DNA of 20,000 bases. Origin: Lama guanicoe (Eukaryota). The notes under the pieces are model-generated. The model ran no database searches, was not told where the DNA came from, and saw nothing but the letters and a program-made list of their open reading frames with translations. Where the stretch lies: the NCBI GenBank assembly GCA_013239625.1, contig MU053209.1, forward strand, positions 65,965 through 85,964, written 5' to 3'. Below, piece after piece: positions 1 to 10,901 of this stretch (positions are counted from its first letter, which is position 1; each line of letters starts with the position of its first letter). The translations under genes were made by a program, and so were the position numbers.

Positions 1-245
1 GAAATGCCAACCCTCTCCTTTTCCAGACACTCCAGCCAACTTTGTGAGTACTCCTCCTCCCTTGGCTTGCAGGATAGGAAACCATCCTTTATTTCTCTCG
101 AGAACACTCCACTACAAAGATGACCACTTAATTATCTCTCAATCCGCCTTTGTCTGCAATGAACACAGAAAGGAGATTTGCAGGGTAGTTCAGTTGATGC
201 AAACATGGCATAGCCAAAGTCACTTGTGAAATCCTGGGAGCTGAT

Positions 246-284
246 TGTTTCTTTGTTTCTTTGTTTTTTGTGTTTTGTTTTTTT
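246..284. repeat. T-rich low-complexity tract (degenerate TTTG/TTTC)
   Basis: Sequence ttgtttctttgtttctttgttttttgtgttttgttttttt read directly. Confidence 0.7.
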
Positions 285-1619
285 AACTGTGAGGATCATT
301 TCCCCTCTTTGGGGCTTAGCCACAATTCCAGGACATTAGGAAATAATTTCACTTAACCTATAATGCAATGATCTTTTTTTTTTTCCCAATCTTCTTCAAA
401 TAATCATTGAGCGTCATATGGATAGATATTCCTCAAGCATATTATTCCTCAAAACCATTGGTTTAAAACGTATTCCTACCACTGATATTAGACTCCCCAC
501 CTAGTAGATTTTCCAACAGTCACAATTACTAGACTGCTTCTTGGCGTACGAGTTTAAGTTGAATCATTGTCAGCGTAAGGGTCAATATTCAACCTAAAAC
601 AATGTTTTCCTCCTCATAAAAAACCACTTGATATGATTCAAACTATTAGGAGGAATAAAAGGGCCCAAATAAGGACAAACAGAAAAATGAAGAAGTAGAT
701 GAACTATATGAACAGGTGAAATTATGTGTGGCTGCTGTACTGTGTCTTTTATTTTTTGTATGAAGCCCTTTGCTTACTTGTTCCCTGATTTTAAGAAAAA
801 TACTCTTTATTTCCATTACAAGCAAAACCACACTTGACTACTGTGTCAATGCCCTTGGTACATGAAGAGGAGAATGTGAAAATATTAAGAAGGAATATCA
901 GAGAGGCAGTAAATGAAGGGCTCAAGATGTGGGAGGGAAAACAGATCTGTTATTTCCTTTTGCTTTCATGGGGCTCACCTCTTGTCCATATGTATGTCCC
1001 GTCTTTGCTCCTACACTCTTTTCTTACATTCCTACCCATCTAAGCAGAAGCCTACATCCAGATATGCAGAACCGTCATTCCCACAATACCTTTGACTACC
1101 CGAGAATTTTGAATGCATCTATTTTCACATCTCAGAACACGTAAGACCTATTTTATCTGACCCAGAATAACTCTGACTTTTGGATTAACTCTTCACTAAA
1201 TCTTAACTGTTCTCAGATTTATGCTTTTATTAGATTATCTCTTTTGTTTTTCTCAAAGCCCCTTCTATTTCTAATAAAGGGAGCTTTCATTTCCAAATTC
1301 CTTTTTGAAGATGTGAAAGATGCATTTTCTCAAGAGTTATCTGTATCCCAGCAGAGCACTGCCAAATGCTTTCAGGTGGCATACAGGTGGACAAATAATG
1401 AATTTATTCACTGTCTTTATCTTTGCTATTTCATACTGCCCATGTATCATTCAAGGCTCTTAGGTGGATGCGAAAAAAAATGTACTGTGGTTGATTGATG
1501 TAAGAAAATATTTTACCAAAAATAATTGGGAAAATTAATGGATCATTAGAATTTTGGGGAAATCACATCAGAAAAAAAAAGAAATATCAGGCATACAGGT
1601 AAGCTAGCCAGCCAGAATT

Positions 1620-1985
1620 ACCAACAGAGACACATCAGAAAACAAGTGCCGCGAGGATTCTGTTTCAGCTGCTGTAGCTGTTGAACCACCTCCCACAGAG
1701 GACACCACTGCCACCTCGACTCAAAATGCACCTCCTCGTGTGTGCGGCATCGCATGCTGCTCTCATCACTGCCTCACACACGGTGAGTTCTCCTGGAGAG
1801 ACTCAGCGCCAGATCAGAAGCCCAGTTCAGGTGCCTCAACCAGCAAGATGCTTGAGGGCTGGGAAAGCACTTCTGATTCCTGTGGCACAAGATGTATCCT
1901 GTCTACCACCAAGACCCACAGTGAGAGGAAGGCCCTCAGAACAAGAAGGGATTATACATGACGGACAGACAAAAGCTGTAAAATG
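1620..1985 (-). mobile_element. Ancient MaLR solo LTR fragment, MLT1-type (MLT1M/N-like)
   Basis: gagggctgggaaagcac and ctaccaccaagacccacagtgagaggaaggccctcagaacaagaagggatt...gacggacagacaaaa resemble, from memory, the reverse complement of the 5' part of old MLT1 LTRs. Boundaries approximate. Confidence 0.5.
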
Positions 1986-3482
1986 CAAAAAAAAAAAGGA
2001 CTTATTTTTCACTAGGGTACCAAGAGAAAATGTCCTTTATAGATCAGTTTATTCAGATTAAAACATGACTTCATTTACAAAATATAAATAACAATTATGC
2101 TGGCACACCCGTGTGGCAGTATTTGTGAGGTGGTACTGAAATGCTTGGATTTTGAGTGAAAATGATGGATCACTCTGGCACCCCATGCTTTCAAGTCTAC
2201 TGCTTGATTTATCAGGAGCATAGGGGTTTCGGTCCTGTGCTTGTAGCGACTGCATCTTGGTTAATTCTCTTTTTTTCCCCTCTGTAGGTTTATCTAAACT
2301 GGGTTAAGATGTTAATTTGAAGAATTCTGAGTTCTGCATCCTTAAACCTCAAAGCCTCACACGGACAGTATAATGATGTTTTTAAAAGCCAGGTAGGTCA
2401 TTGCAGAAACGTATGTAAGTAATGACTGAGATAAAAGATATGCCGTGACTTTAAAATATATGTAATGTTGAACATTCAAACTGCTGTACTAGCACTCAGT
2501 TCTAGTTCATAAATACTCAGTGAGTCAAAGTGATCTTAGGCATGTCAAACACATAACAACTGAACAGAAAAGCTACGCAGTCTGCCTTATGTTTCATTGA
2601 GGAATGTGGGAGACCATTCTTATCGAGCATAACTTAAGAATACTGGATGGTAAAAATAGAGGTATACATGTATCTATAACCACAAATAGCATTTTTTCAC
2701 ATTACCAGTTACAGAGGATTTGGGAAATACATAAAAGAGTCGAACAGATGGACGCTGATTATCAGCTTTCTTCCTGAAAAGGCGTTTGAGTGCGTGACCA
2801 CAGCTAGATTTCAGTTTATTACACCCTGCCTCCTCACATCCCAGGTGCCAGCTGGGGCTAGAGTCTTCCAGCTGACCCTAACCCAATCAGCGGCCAGAAT
2901 CGCTCCATCACCCTCTACTTTCTCTAGTAGTGAATCAGCTATAGTTTGGTACCTTAAGCTGCTTATGGAAACCCATCCCACGCCAAGTGTGTGTATTGTG
3001 GAAGCCAGAGGAAGACGGAGGAGGGTGTCTGTATCCTGCAGGTAGCCTATCCTACAAACAGAAGTAAAGAATTTCTATTTTATATTCATAGGCCTTGTTG
3101 CCAATATTATTGATCAGATCAGTGTGACTGTGTCTAATGATGTGAGATAAAGAAAAGGATCAGAAATATAACTAATATATTTTCCCCACAAAGCAGATAA
3201 CTCTTCCCAGAATTAGGAAGACAAGAGAACGGCCTTCTTAATACTGCTCAGCTTTGGTCCTCTCAACCCATCAGGCTTAGCAGCTCAGGCTGCTGTGGAC
3301 CCTTGGAAGAAGAGAGCAGAAATATTTAATGCAAGTGTGCTCTCGTTTTCATGAGACTACTCCCAAAGCCAACCACAGTTCCTTCATGCATCTTCCAGAA
3401 ACCACTGTTGAGCAGGACAGTTCTTGCCCTAGAAAGGACTGATCTATTGTATCAATTAAATTAACTTTAAGGCCAAGCTGCC

Positions 3483-3640
3483 CTGAGGGCTGGAGCTTCA
3501 TTTCATCTTCTATTACTCATTTCAGATGATGTCCAGCCAAATTGTCCAATACAGCTCCCCACTGTGGGCTGGAGCTTCATTTCCTCTTCTATTACTCATT
3601 TCAGATGATGTCCAGCCAAATTGTCCAATACAGCTCCCCA
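3483..3640. repeat. Direct tandem duplication, 2 x 79 bp
   Basis: 3483-3561 versus 3562-3640: identical except A3486/T3565 and A3505/C3584. Confidence 0.97.
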
Positions 3641-3700
3641 GCCGTTATGTAATGGCAAAAATCAGCGATGTAAGCCTGATAGAATGTAGTCAATGGAACC

Positions 3701-4121
3701 CCTTTTTAAAATCAAATATCTAGGGAGACACTGAAGTCCAATAATAATTAGCCTTTTCTTGCAAGATAAAACTTCAACAAATAAATGTGTTTCTTTTCAA
3801 CCCATTTTCCTAATTCTAATCAATCTTGGCCATTAGCTGTCAGTCAGATACCTGAATGGAATCAAGGTTGATCACCAGCTTTATTGATCATTTTTGGCTT
3901 AAGATTTTGAACCTTTTTAAAATCAAATATCTAGGGAGACACTGACGTCCAATAATAATTAGCCTTTTCTTGCAAGATAAAACTACAACAAATAAATGTG
4001 TTTCTTTTCAACCCATTTTCCTAATTCTAATCAATCTTGGCCATTAGCTGTCAGTCAGATACCTGAATGGAATCAAGGTTAATCACCAGCTTTATTGATC
4101 ATTTTTGGCTTAAGATTTTGA
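3701..4121. repeat. Direct tandem duplication, 2 x 210 bp (period 211)
   Basis: 3701-3910 versus 3912-4121: identical except A3735/C3946, T3774/A3985 and G3870/A4081. Confidence 0.97.
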
Positions 4122-7100
4122 GAGTTAATTCGGAATCTTTAACATGTTCATAGTTTCAAGAGGCCAAAAAGGTGATCACACATATAGGATTATTAGAGCT
4201 CACAAAATTATAAGTTTACAAGAAAACCCCCAGGACCTACGTACAACACTTACCCTAGGAAAAAGCAGTGCTTCCGTTTCTTAGTACATAGTGTAATCCA
4301 GAATCACATTGCTTACTCTTGTTGAAAAATGAAAGAAAAAGTAAGAGGGTCAGAAGTTTCTAAGGGATAAAGAGGAGCAAAGAAAACTTGGGAGACAAAA
4401 AAAAAATTTTCCTTGCAATTAGCCTCACCAGGATTTTAGTCTAGTGCAATCATCAAAATCCAATGAACCTAACACAATTGTGAGACATCCTCCCCTGTCA
4501 AGTGGTTGCTTACGGTGCCAAGATCAACATATCTGAGAGAAAATCTGTCTGTGCTTTCTGCCTTCTTTCATAGAAAGTAACATCCAGCACATTTGTGTCT
4601 TCTCAGAAAATTCTGGAAAATTGCAATGATAACCCTTCTGTCAACTGCTTACAGGTGGAATCCTCCTCGTGCCACCTATTTAAAATCTCTTCCTTCATCT
4701 TCCTCCTTTGAACCCTTTTGTGGACATTCCAATCCTGCCTGAAAAGAGGGCTTTCCCTGAGGCCACCTCCTCTCTCTAAAGAGCAGAACTTGGGGAGGCG
4801 TGCTTTTGACACTGAGTTTTGCTATCATCTGCCACTTGCTCAAAACATTTTAAAACTCAAAACGTCTTTGGTGTGGTTTTCTCATTGTGCTGACATTTCC
4901 TTCTGGTAGAGAACCACCCGTCATAGAATCCTCAGCTGAAGCTTCTTTATTAAACATTTTGAAGATGGCTTCCCTGGGGTTCTAGTGAGGACACACACCT
5001 CTGCTATGTGCCTCACCCCCCGCCTCCAGAGAAGAAGAAAGTTTCCTTACAATCTTCAGTTTCCCCAGAACTGAGTAACTGGCTAACTTCAATGACAGCA
5101 GAAACACGTTTACTGCCCAAAATGCACTGCCCTCCCGGTTTCCATTTTTCTACTGTTCTACCCACACCTCTGTCTAGAAAACTCAGTTGTGTTTCTAAAT
5201 TTTATAAACTCCTTAATTCAGTCTCTTTTCTTTTCTACTAAGTGTAGGGCTGCTTCTGTTGACTGGAGCTAAGTACTCATTTGTTTCCCCTTTTCTTGTC
5301 CTTTTATTCATCATCCAGATATTTTTTTCCCGAGTATACTTTTCTAGAGGTCGGAGGATGTAGAGTTTACCGACATTATCCATTTTTCAAATGCATTCAA
5401 CTCCCCTGATTTGTGTAGCTCCATCAACGAAACTCAGCAGACCCGAGGTCACACACGGGCCTGGATTTAATGTGTCAGTAGCATCCCTGGGGCTCCTGCA
5501 GCACACCTCACTTTGGCAGTGATTCCTCCCCTCAGTGCTCCAGCTCCATTCTGTTTCTGGCCATGGTCTATTTGTGCCAGCGTCACCTCCTGTAGTAACT
5601 CTGTTACCTGGAAACTCAGTCAATAAACCTCACATACACTCCCTCAGTTCTCTCAAAATTTTATCTCTGCACTTTCACATAGCTTTAGCGAGAGCATTTC
5701 CCATCTGCTCATGGTAGTGATTCCCTATCTGTAGCTTAAAAAAAAATTGGCCATTACAGTTTCTGAGTTTTCCCTGGATCCTTTCAATTCAAAACTGTGC
5801 TCAGAACTTCTGTATTAAAAACCCATCACATGCTAGCTGGATATGAGTGGATGATCAAAGGTTTTAAGACATACAACTTTCTCCCTTTCTCCCTTAAAAC
5901 AAGATATCCATATTCTCTTGATCTCATATAGAGTTTGAAATAATATAAGAGGAAGAAAATTAGAAGCTGTTAACCTGATACCATTCGCAGATGCCTACCA
6001 CTAGAAATTTATAGCTACACTGTTCATCTGTATCTCACGTACAAGTTGCTGGCCTACATTCCAAGTGGAAAGGCACAATTCAGCACAGAAATTAGGGATT
6101 AAAAGACAGCTCTTTGTAGACTGTTTAACCCTGTGCTACTTGTAGGTAGGCAAATGCCAACAACCAAGGCAACTGTTAGGTACCAAGACCCTGGAATATG
6201 GTACCAGCTGAAAAAATAACCACATGATGATGGGGAACAGCCACAAAGTGGTTTTATCTTGTCAAGTAAAAGCTTGAGCTCACAGATGTTTCCTTCATTA
6301 ATGGCTACATTTTGATCTATATACATATCACTCCATTTGCTCTGCTTGCTAAATATACGGCCCACTCTATTTCTTATCACTTTCCAGACAAAGCATCATT
6401 TGTGGTGAATAACTGATCGTGTTTTCAACTACTGATAGGGCTTGTGCTAATGGAGAAACATGTACACATGTACCGACACAGAATTATAAGAGATCAATAA
6501 ACATGTTAGCTTTAGTATTTTACAAACTGAATTAAAAAATTAAATCTATGATTACAGTTGGGTTTCTTAATATTGTCTCCATTCTTCATGGCAGAGTGTT
6601 TCAATACATCACCTGAGGGAGGTAACTACCTAGCCATCTACAGAGCTGAGAGCTTAATGTAAAAGGCTATGGCTTATGCCAGCCAAGCTCCAGTAATCAA
6701 GAACACAGACGGATCTGAGTCCCAACTAGATGTAGCATGGAGACTGAGGGGAAGGGAGGACGATGTCTCCCCTCTTGCGTGTGTTCAGCCTGCATGGAGG
6801 GAAAATGGAGCGTAGGGCAGGCAGACAGAAACCATTTACACCATCGCCATAGACAAAGCCTTTTTCTTTGGAAAAAAGAAAGAGGAATGCGTGAGTGTGC
6901 AGGTCAGAAGCGTTCATTCATGGACGACGTGGGAACAGCTTGTGTGTTTGCATATTTACTCTCTTCTAGGACAAGACAGGAAAGACAGGCCTTCAACCCC
7001 CTCTGCTGTTCTGTGTGCGCTGCTTAAAAGAAGACTCAGGAGCGTGGTGTCACCAAAAACGGTGCAGTAGGGCAGCCCAAGGCCTGTCCCTCTGCGAAAG

Positions 7101-7189
7101 GAACTGGTGGCAAAAACCAAGACTTAGCTTTTACTCTGCAATCGGCCAAGAATGGAAGCTCACCAGGGGAAGATGGGGTGGAAACAGAA

Positions 7190-7403
7190 GCCGCTGCTTT
7201 GTGACGCCGCCGTCCCCAGGCCTCCTCTTGGCCGCAGCCACCGGCTCGGCCGCCCACACCGCTCCTGGTGCCTCTGGTGCCCGCGGCTGGCGCCGCAGCT
7301 GGCAACCCAGACTCTGCTCCCAAGGACACGTGCTTGTTCATGTTGACCTGTCTAGTGGCCACCCGAGGGACAGGAGCCGGGGCTGGCCTCTGTTCAGCCC
7401 GTC
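7190..7403. promoter_or_regulatory. Small CpG island / GC-rich candidate promoter or enhancer
   Basis: I count 17 CpG in ~215 bp of strongly GC-rich sequence in an AT-rich, CpG-poor window. It contains a TGACG half-CRE (~7202-7206), a GGCAAC RFX half-site (7301-7306) and a CACGTG E-box (7327-7332). Function is inferred. Confidence 0.55.
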
Positions 7404-8034
7404 TCACAGTGTTCTCAGAGCTGTGTGGCTTTCTGGAGGTCATTTCCCAAAATCACTGGAGGCGCAAGAACTGGCCACAGCAGACAAGGACGAAAGCAAG
7501 ATGAGCGCTAGACAGAATATAAAGAGAATTCTGAAGCAAGTTCAGTAAAGGGATAAAACTGGCCAAAAAAGAGCCTTAGTGGACATACTTTGTGATCAGA
7601 ATCTATAGATTACTGTAACCTACTTAGTTGTAATTTCAAATAGGACAGCTTCCCTGTAAGGCATTATCTGAAAAACTCATGCATGGACCCACGCAAGGCT
7701 GGCTGGGTAGATGGGTGGAATGAAAATGTTCAATATTCATGATTGCTTACAATTAGATTTTTATTTATCTTTTGTCCATATTTCTGTTTTTAATATATAG
7801 CTCCATAACAGAACCATAAGACCGTCTTCTACTACCTTTAGGATAGCCAAGCAGTCAATATGGTGTGTTTTATACGTATCACTGTATAATACTTGTATAG
7901 AGACAGGAAAATTATTTTAATTATGATTTTGTACTGATTTTTCTTTTTCTAAGTAATAGTTTTAAGTCATGAAAATATACAGTGGAATATTTACCATTAT
8001 AAGATAGGGCTAGTAATCATAAATATGTCTTTAT

Positions 8035-8205
8035 TATATCTTCACAATGATCTATGATGTATGTATTCCTGGACATATGCCACAGATGAGGAAGCTAAAG
8101 TTCAGAACGTATAAGAAGAAATCAAAAATAAATCAACCAGGATCATAATGTAGCTCTACCTCGATTTAAAAGTAGCTTTAACAGAATTTAAAACCAGGTC
8201 TGTCT
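8035..8205 (-). mobile_element. MIR SINE fragment (diverged)
   Basis: atcttcacaatgatctatgatgtatgtatt...acagatgaggaagctaaagttcaga...gaatttaaaaccaggtctgtc matches the reverse complement of the MIR core and 5' part. Confidence 0.6.
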
Positions 8206-8998
8206 TTTTTTTGGGGGGGTCAGGATATTTTTATACACTATCTCCGTAAATAAAACAATAATTAAGAAGTTGATGAACAAATATCGTAGCAGCATTAATT
8301 GGTGTTGCTTGAAGTTTGTATCAAATGCTTTTTTATTGTATTATGTTTTCATGCCAGTTTCACTCATGTCCACAATTTATAAATTAAATAAAATTAGAGA
8401 AACACTTAGGACAAAAATACTAATATATCTAGGAAGTTTAAATCTCTCTGTAACAAAGTAAAGTGCTTGAAAGTGAAAAATTAAGATGAAACTCGATGCT
8501 ATAGATATTCAAACGCATAAATGATAAAATCAAAGCCCAGAAAATATAAACTGAGAGGCTGAGATGACACTCAGATTCAGAACTAACACTTCCAAGCCAG
8601 AGTTTTGTCTTTTAATGATAGATCCTAAGTCTGCTCCAAGTGCTAAGTAATGTGATTTTTTTTTACCATGTATTAATGGCAATTAATTTAAAGTGAATTC
8701 AGTGTTGCTCTTAAATCTAAAGAAAAATTAACCAAAAGAGGAAAAGTGTTAAAAGATGATGTCCTATAATTTTTAACTAGAGTAAATCATATTTTCCAGT
8801 GGAAACCAGGGCATTTCTTTTCACTTTGATTGTATCATTATCTGCTTGAGAGTGCAGATTTTGTTTTGCAAGTACGCCAGCTTACTTCACATGTCACTGT
8901 TTACTCCCAAACAGCGAGAATGTGCTTGCACCCGAAGTATGGGATACAACCAAGGGGGGAAGGGCAGGCTAATGACATCCACCATGAATGAGTTGGGT

Positions 8999-9125
8999 CC
9001 TATACATGTTATCTGATTTTATCCTCATTCTAACTCTATGAGGTAGATATTTTAAATTATATTTAACTGAGAAATATTTATAACTGAGAAATAGAGAAGT
9101 TATATATCTGGTGGTTGACATCACA
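8999..9125 (-). mobile_element. MIR SINE fragment
   Basis: tacatgttatctgattttatcctcattctaactctatgaggtagatatt...aactgagaaatagagaagtta matches the MIR reverse complement. Confidence 0.65.
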
Positions 9126-9779
9126 TTTTTATTAAATGATGCACTACACACACACACATGAAATGTACTGTAAAGCATTACAAGTTCTCTTTCCATCACC
9201 AGTCTCTGCCTAACCTATAGTCCCTAAGGGCCAGAAGGATTTGGGAGCTATGTTGCCTGATGGAGCTGTCCACATTGCATGTCAAGAGTTAGCAAGATGA
9301 AGGTAAGGATGTGAATTACACCGATCCCCATGCCCTGGGAAGAAACCATAGTAAACGCTTCCACTGGCTTCTGTATTCATTTTGACAAGCAATCTTTGCA
9401 ATAACAAAAACAAAATGACTATAACTCAATTAAAAAATGTTAAAAAATAAACAATTTTAATAAATAATATTTGTTAAAAATAACCATTTCAAAATAATCT
9501 GTATGATAATACTGGAAAATATATGTTGTCAGGGGCTCATGTGTAAAATTTTTGTGAATGATTTTAAGGAAAGCTTGCAGGCGTCCTTATCTCTGTCCCT
9601 GAACAATTTCACGAGGAAGATAAAATCTCTCAAGTCGCTGCTACCTGGATTACTACTTGTCCTCATTATGTTACTCCAAGGCTCTACAGAGATTTGAGCA
9701 GAAAAATCTATTGTACGGTAATATGTTTTACCTTATGAATCCTAAATCATCACATTGAACTCAATCTGCATGTTTCCAT

Positions 9780-9910
9780 GTCTGACACTGACACCACTTT
9801 CTAGATTTTAAGTTCCTTAAAAGCAGGAGACATTTCTTTTTCTTTGTTTCACAGCCCTTAACCCCGTTCTTGTTACACAGAACTTACTCAAGTAAGGGTT
9901 TATTGACCTA
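9780..9910 (+). mobile_element. L2 LINE 3'-terminal fragment
   Basis: ctagattttaagttccttaaaagcaggagacatttctttt...acagaacttactcaagtaagggttttattga resembles the L2 3' end (ctagactgtaagctccttgagggcaggga...ctcaataaatgtttgttga). Confidence 0.6.
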
Positions 9911-10009
9911 AACTACACAGAGCTCCTTAGCGAGAAAATAACTTTGTCGTAGAAATAATGAACCAATTTTCTTTTAAACTACTTTGGTGCTTTAATATTC
10001 CCTCAGGAG

Positions 10010-10050
10010 GCTCATTTACAGATGAGGAATAATTCTGAATACACAGAGGA
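10010..10050 (-). mobile_element. MIR core remnant
   Basis: ctcatttacagatgaggaataattctga resembles the MIR core reverse complement (cccattttacagatgaggaaactga). Short match. Confidence 0.35.
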
Positions 10051-10901
10051 CTAACACTGACACACACCCTGTGATGGAGGGCAACCCTTTGACTTTCCCC
10101 AAACAGAACTCAATTTCTTTCTTGCCAAGGGGAGCTATTCCACTTATCATTAGAACCATGGGAAGTCCAGGAGGTGGTAATAATTCTACAAAGTGTCAAG
10201 TTTAAATTTAAGCATACATGGAAAGTAGCAGGGTCTTACTTGAGATGCTTATTTTGAATCACTAAGACAATTTTACTGTGACCAGTAGATTCAGAGGCAC
10301 AAATAGAGCCTCTGCTTTCAGAGATTAAAAGTATTTTCTTTCAGCAAGGGTGTTATCACGTAGACATACTGCCTTGTTAGAATGAATGTATTAGTATTTT
10401 AAAATAAGTTAATCAAATTAGGCAAGTAGTTAAGATTTAGCAAGTTAATAAATGATTTATTAGATATAAGTAGCCACAGCCAATCTAAATTCTAACACAT
10501 TTTAAAAGGTGAATGATTTAAGTAGTATCACAAATTATAATTGGCAGTTTCCTATAAAGCAGGAACAGAACGTCCATTTTGATGGAGAAAGGCATTCTGG
10601 GAAAGACCAGCTCTATACTCAAATACTGTAATTCCATCCTTGAAGAAATAATTATTAGAGACTGATGTTTATCAGTAATGCTTCTTTGCATTTGGTGACT
10701 TGCTGTAGATTTTTAAAAAATGTGTACCTGGTTTCTAGAAATGTTTCATGAATGAAAGAATTAATAAACTCTGCTCTATGTACAGAAACATAGAAAACCA
10801 AGAAAAGTTGGGAGTTTTCACTTGCTGTTTTCAAAGGCTTCCTTCTCAACACTTATTCAACTCACCTTGGATCAGATAATTGGGTGAATTTAGGATAAGG
10901 G

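Noticed and set aside
960..1500. Possible L2 3' fragments
   Set aside because: Similarity is too weak to define boundaries without an alignment.
1681..2061. 126-aa ORF and overlapping 73-aa ORF
   Set aside because: Non-ATG starts, overlap an MLT1-like LTR remnant, and show no family similarity.
2495..2610. Possible MIR remnant (similar weak hints near 4810-4890, 8540-8620 and 16840-16910)
   Set aside because: Only scattered short word matches.
3483..4121. Possible CRISPR-like or satellite array
   Set aside because: Only two copies of each of two unrelated units, with no repeat-spacer structure, in a mammalian context.
5359..5660. Possible ancient LTR (TGTAG start, AATAAA at 5622)
   Set aside because: I could not match it to any consensus; the motifs are too short to support a call.
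6737..6969. ATG 6737 exon spliced through a 79-nt intron (6891-6969) into the long frame at 6970
   Set aside because: The donor at 6890/6891 is phase 1 relative to ATG 6737, so splicing enters a different frame that stops after about 33 codons.
7036..7443. 135-aa minus-strand ORF
   Set aside because: Low-complexity A/G/P/R composition expected from GC-rich DNA; no recognisable protein.
9064..9093. 13-bp direct repeat taactgagaaata as a possible target-site duplication
   Set aside because: Only 4 bp lie between the copies; this is a small slippage duplication within a MIR, not an insertion.
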